From assembly GCF_018350175.1 (NCBI RefSeq), contig NC_058368.1, positions 11,532,001 through 11,596,000 of the forward strand: a stretch of DNA of 64,000 nt, given 5' to 3'. Position 1 is the first letter of the stretch, and each line of letters opens with the position of its first letter. Shown piece by piece: positions 62,798 through 64,000 of the stretch. Origin of the DNA: Felis catus. Lineage: Eukaryota. The notes beneath the pieces were generated by a model that was not told where the DNA came from, searched no databases, and saw only the letters and a list, made by a program, of their open reading frames with translations. Both the position numbers and the translations under genes were made by a program.

Positions 62798-64000
62798 ATA
62801 AACCATATCTTTCATCTCCATGTAAACTTTAGCCTACACAATAGGACTTTGTCATATTGAATAGTCTACAATACTGATATAAGAAATTACTAATATTGCA
62901 CAGATTCACTTATGAGATAATCTTATAAATAGTTTACTTCTGTTGTATTCTGAAAGTCATTTTATAAGTGACTTAAACATTTTTAAGGTAAAGAGATACT
63001 TTGTCATTGTGTTGCTTTTAGAAATCAAGCTGAAACAGGCTTCTGTTGTTTAGGATATCAAAGTTGCAGTGGCTTTCAGTGTTTTGTTTATATCAAATCA
63101 GTGCATGTGCATAATTTCAAAACTCATATAACATAAGGCTTATGACCACCACCACCCCCCCCCCCCCACGAAGCAGTCATTGATGCCATCCTGCCTAACC
63201 TCCATTCAGTGCTCCCCAAAGGCAATGACTTTGAATCCCTTTGGCACTTTCTTTTCTTTATATTGTGATGTCGTCTTTTCTCCTTCTGTTTAGACATTAA
63301 CTATTAGCTTCCTGCTCTGAGGTTGAGGAGTGAAGTCTCTATTCACTGTTTATAATGACTGAAAAATATTTTTGCAGCTCAGCATGTAATATACTAACTA
63401 CATTTTCTATACAACCTACTGCTTTCCTGGAGTTAACTGTCTTGCTGTTGTGTGTGCATGTGTGTATTTTTAATTTTGTGTCCTTATCACCAACTCATGC
63501 CCATACGAGAGACATAATTAAAAACCATATCAGTCTGTTACAATACCTTTATCAATTCCATTTCTTTTTCTTGGAGACCTCTGGGACCTCTTTACACTCT
63601 TTCATTCTGAAGTGGTTATCTTCTATGTATGCGAACCTGTTACCATCCTGGAAATTATTTTTATCTCTTTCTGTGTTGGAAGCCCTGTTTTCTGGATATC
63701 ACATCTATATGGATTTATTCTCTAGCTCTGAGGGCACATAACCAACCCCCACAGACTTCTTCACAGAGGGAGCATGTAGCTTTTTCTTTGATCTTATTGT
63801 AAGATGACTGAATATAGAATTTGAATTGGAAATAGCTTCTTCAGAATTTTGAAGACATTTTCTCTATTATCTTCTTGCTTCTGGTATAGTTTCTGCTCAG
63901 TTCTGTGCTATTCTTACTCGCAGTCCTTCACTATATTATCTGTTTCTAAGATCTGTTTGAAGATCATTTGTCTGCAGTATCTGGAAATTTCACAGTAAGG

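Overview
Mammalian genomic DNA, almost certainly a cat-family (felid) carnivore, judged from the tRNA-derived Can-SINE/SINEC_Fc elements, the L1_Fc-type LINE 3' ends and the BRCA2 protein sequence. The window holds the head-to-head ZAR1L / BRCA2 locus. ZAR1L is complete on the minus strand: 4 coding exons, 23105->15765, 325 aa, plus a probable non-coding upstream exon. BRCA2 is on the plus strand from its CpG-island promoter (about 24.5-25.3 kb) through exon 18. Exons 2-18 splice into one uninterrupted 2731-codon frame, and the gene continues past the window end. The first 15 kb is intergenic and almost entirely transposon debris (L1, L2, MIR, Tigger1, SINEs). I found no convincing wholly new biological system. 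The best leads are lineage-specific changes to a well-known gene: a degenerate BRC6 next to a templated-looking in-frame duplication, a deletion of about 50 aa after BRC5, a second in-frame donor in exon 3, a rearranged promoter E-box, (TG)23 tracts flanking exon 10, inverted SINE pairs around exon blocks, and a spliced uORF-containing ZAR1L leader reaching toward the BRCA2 promoter. Comparisons with human are from memory and need confirming by alignment. Repeat boundaries are approximate.
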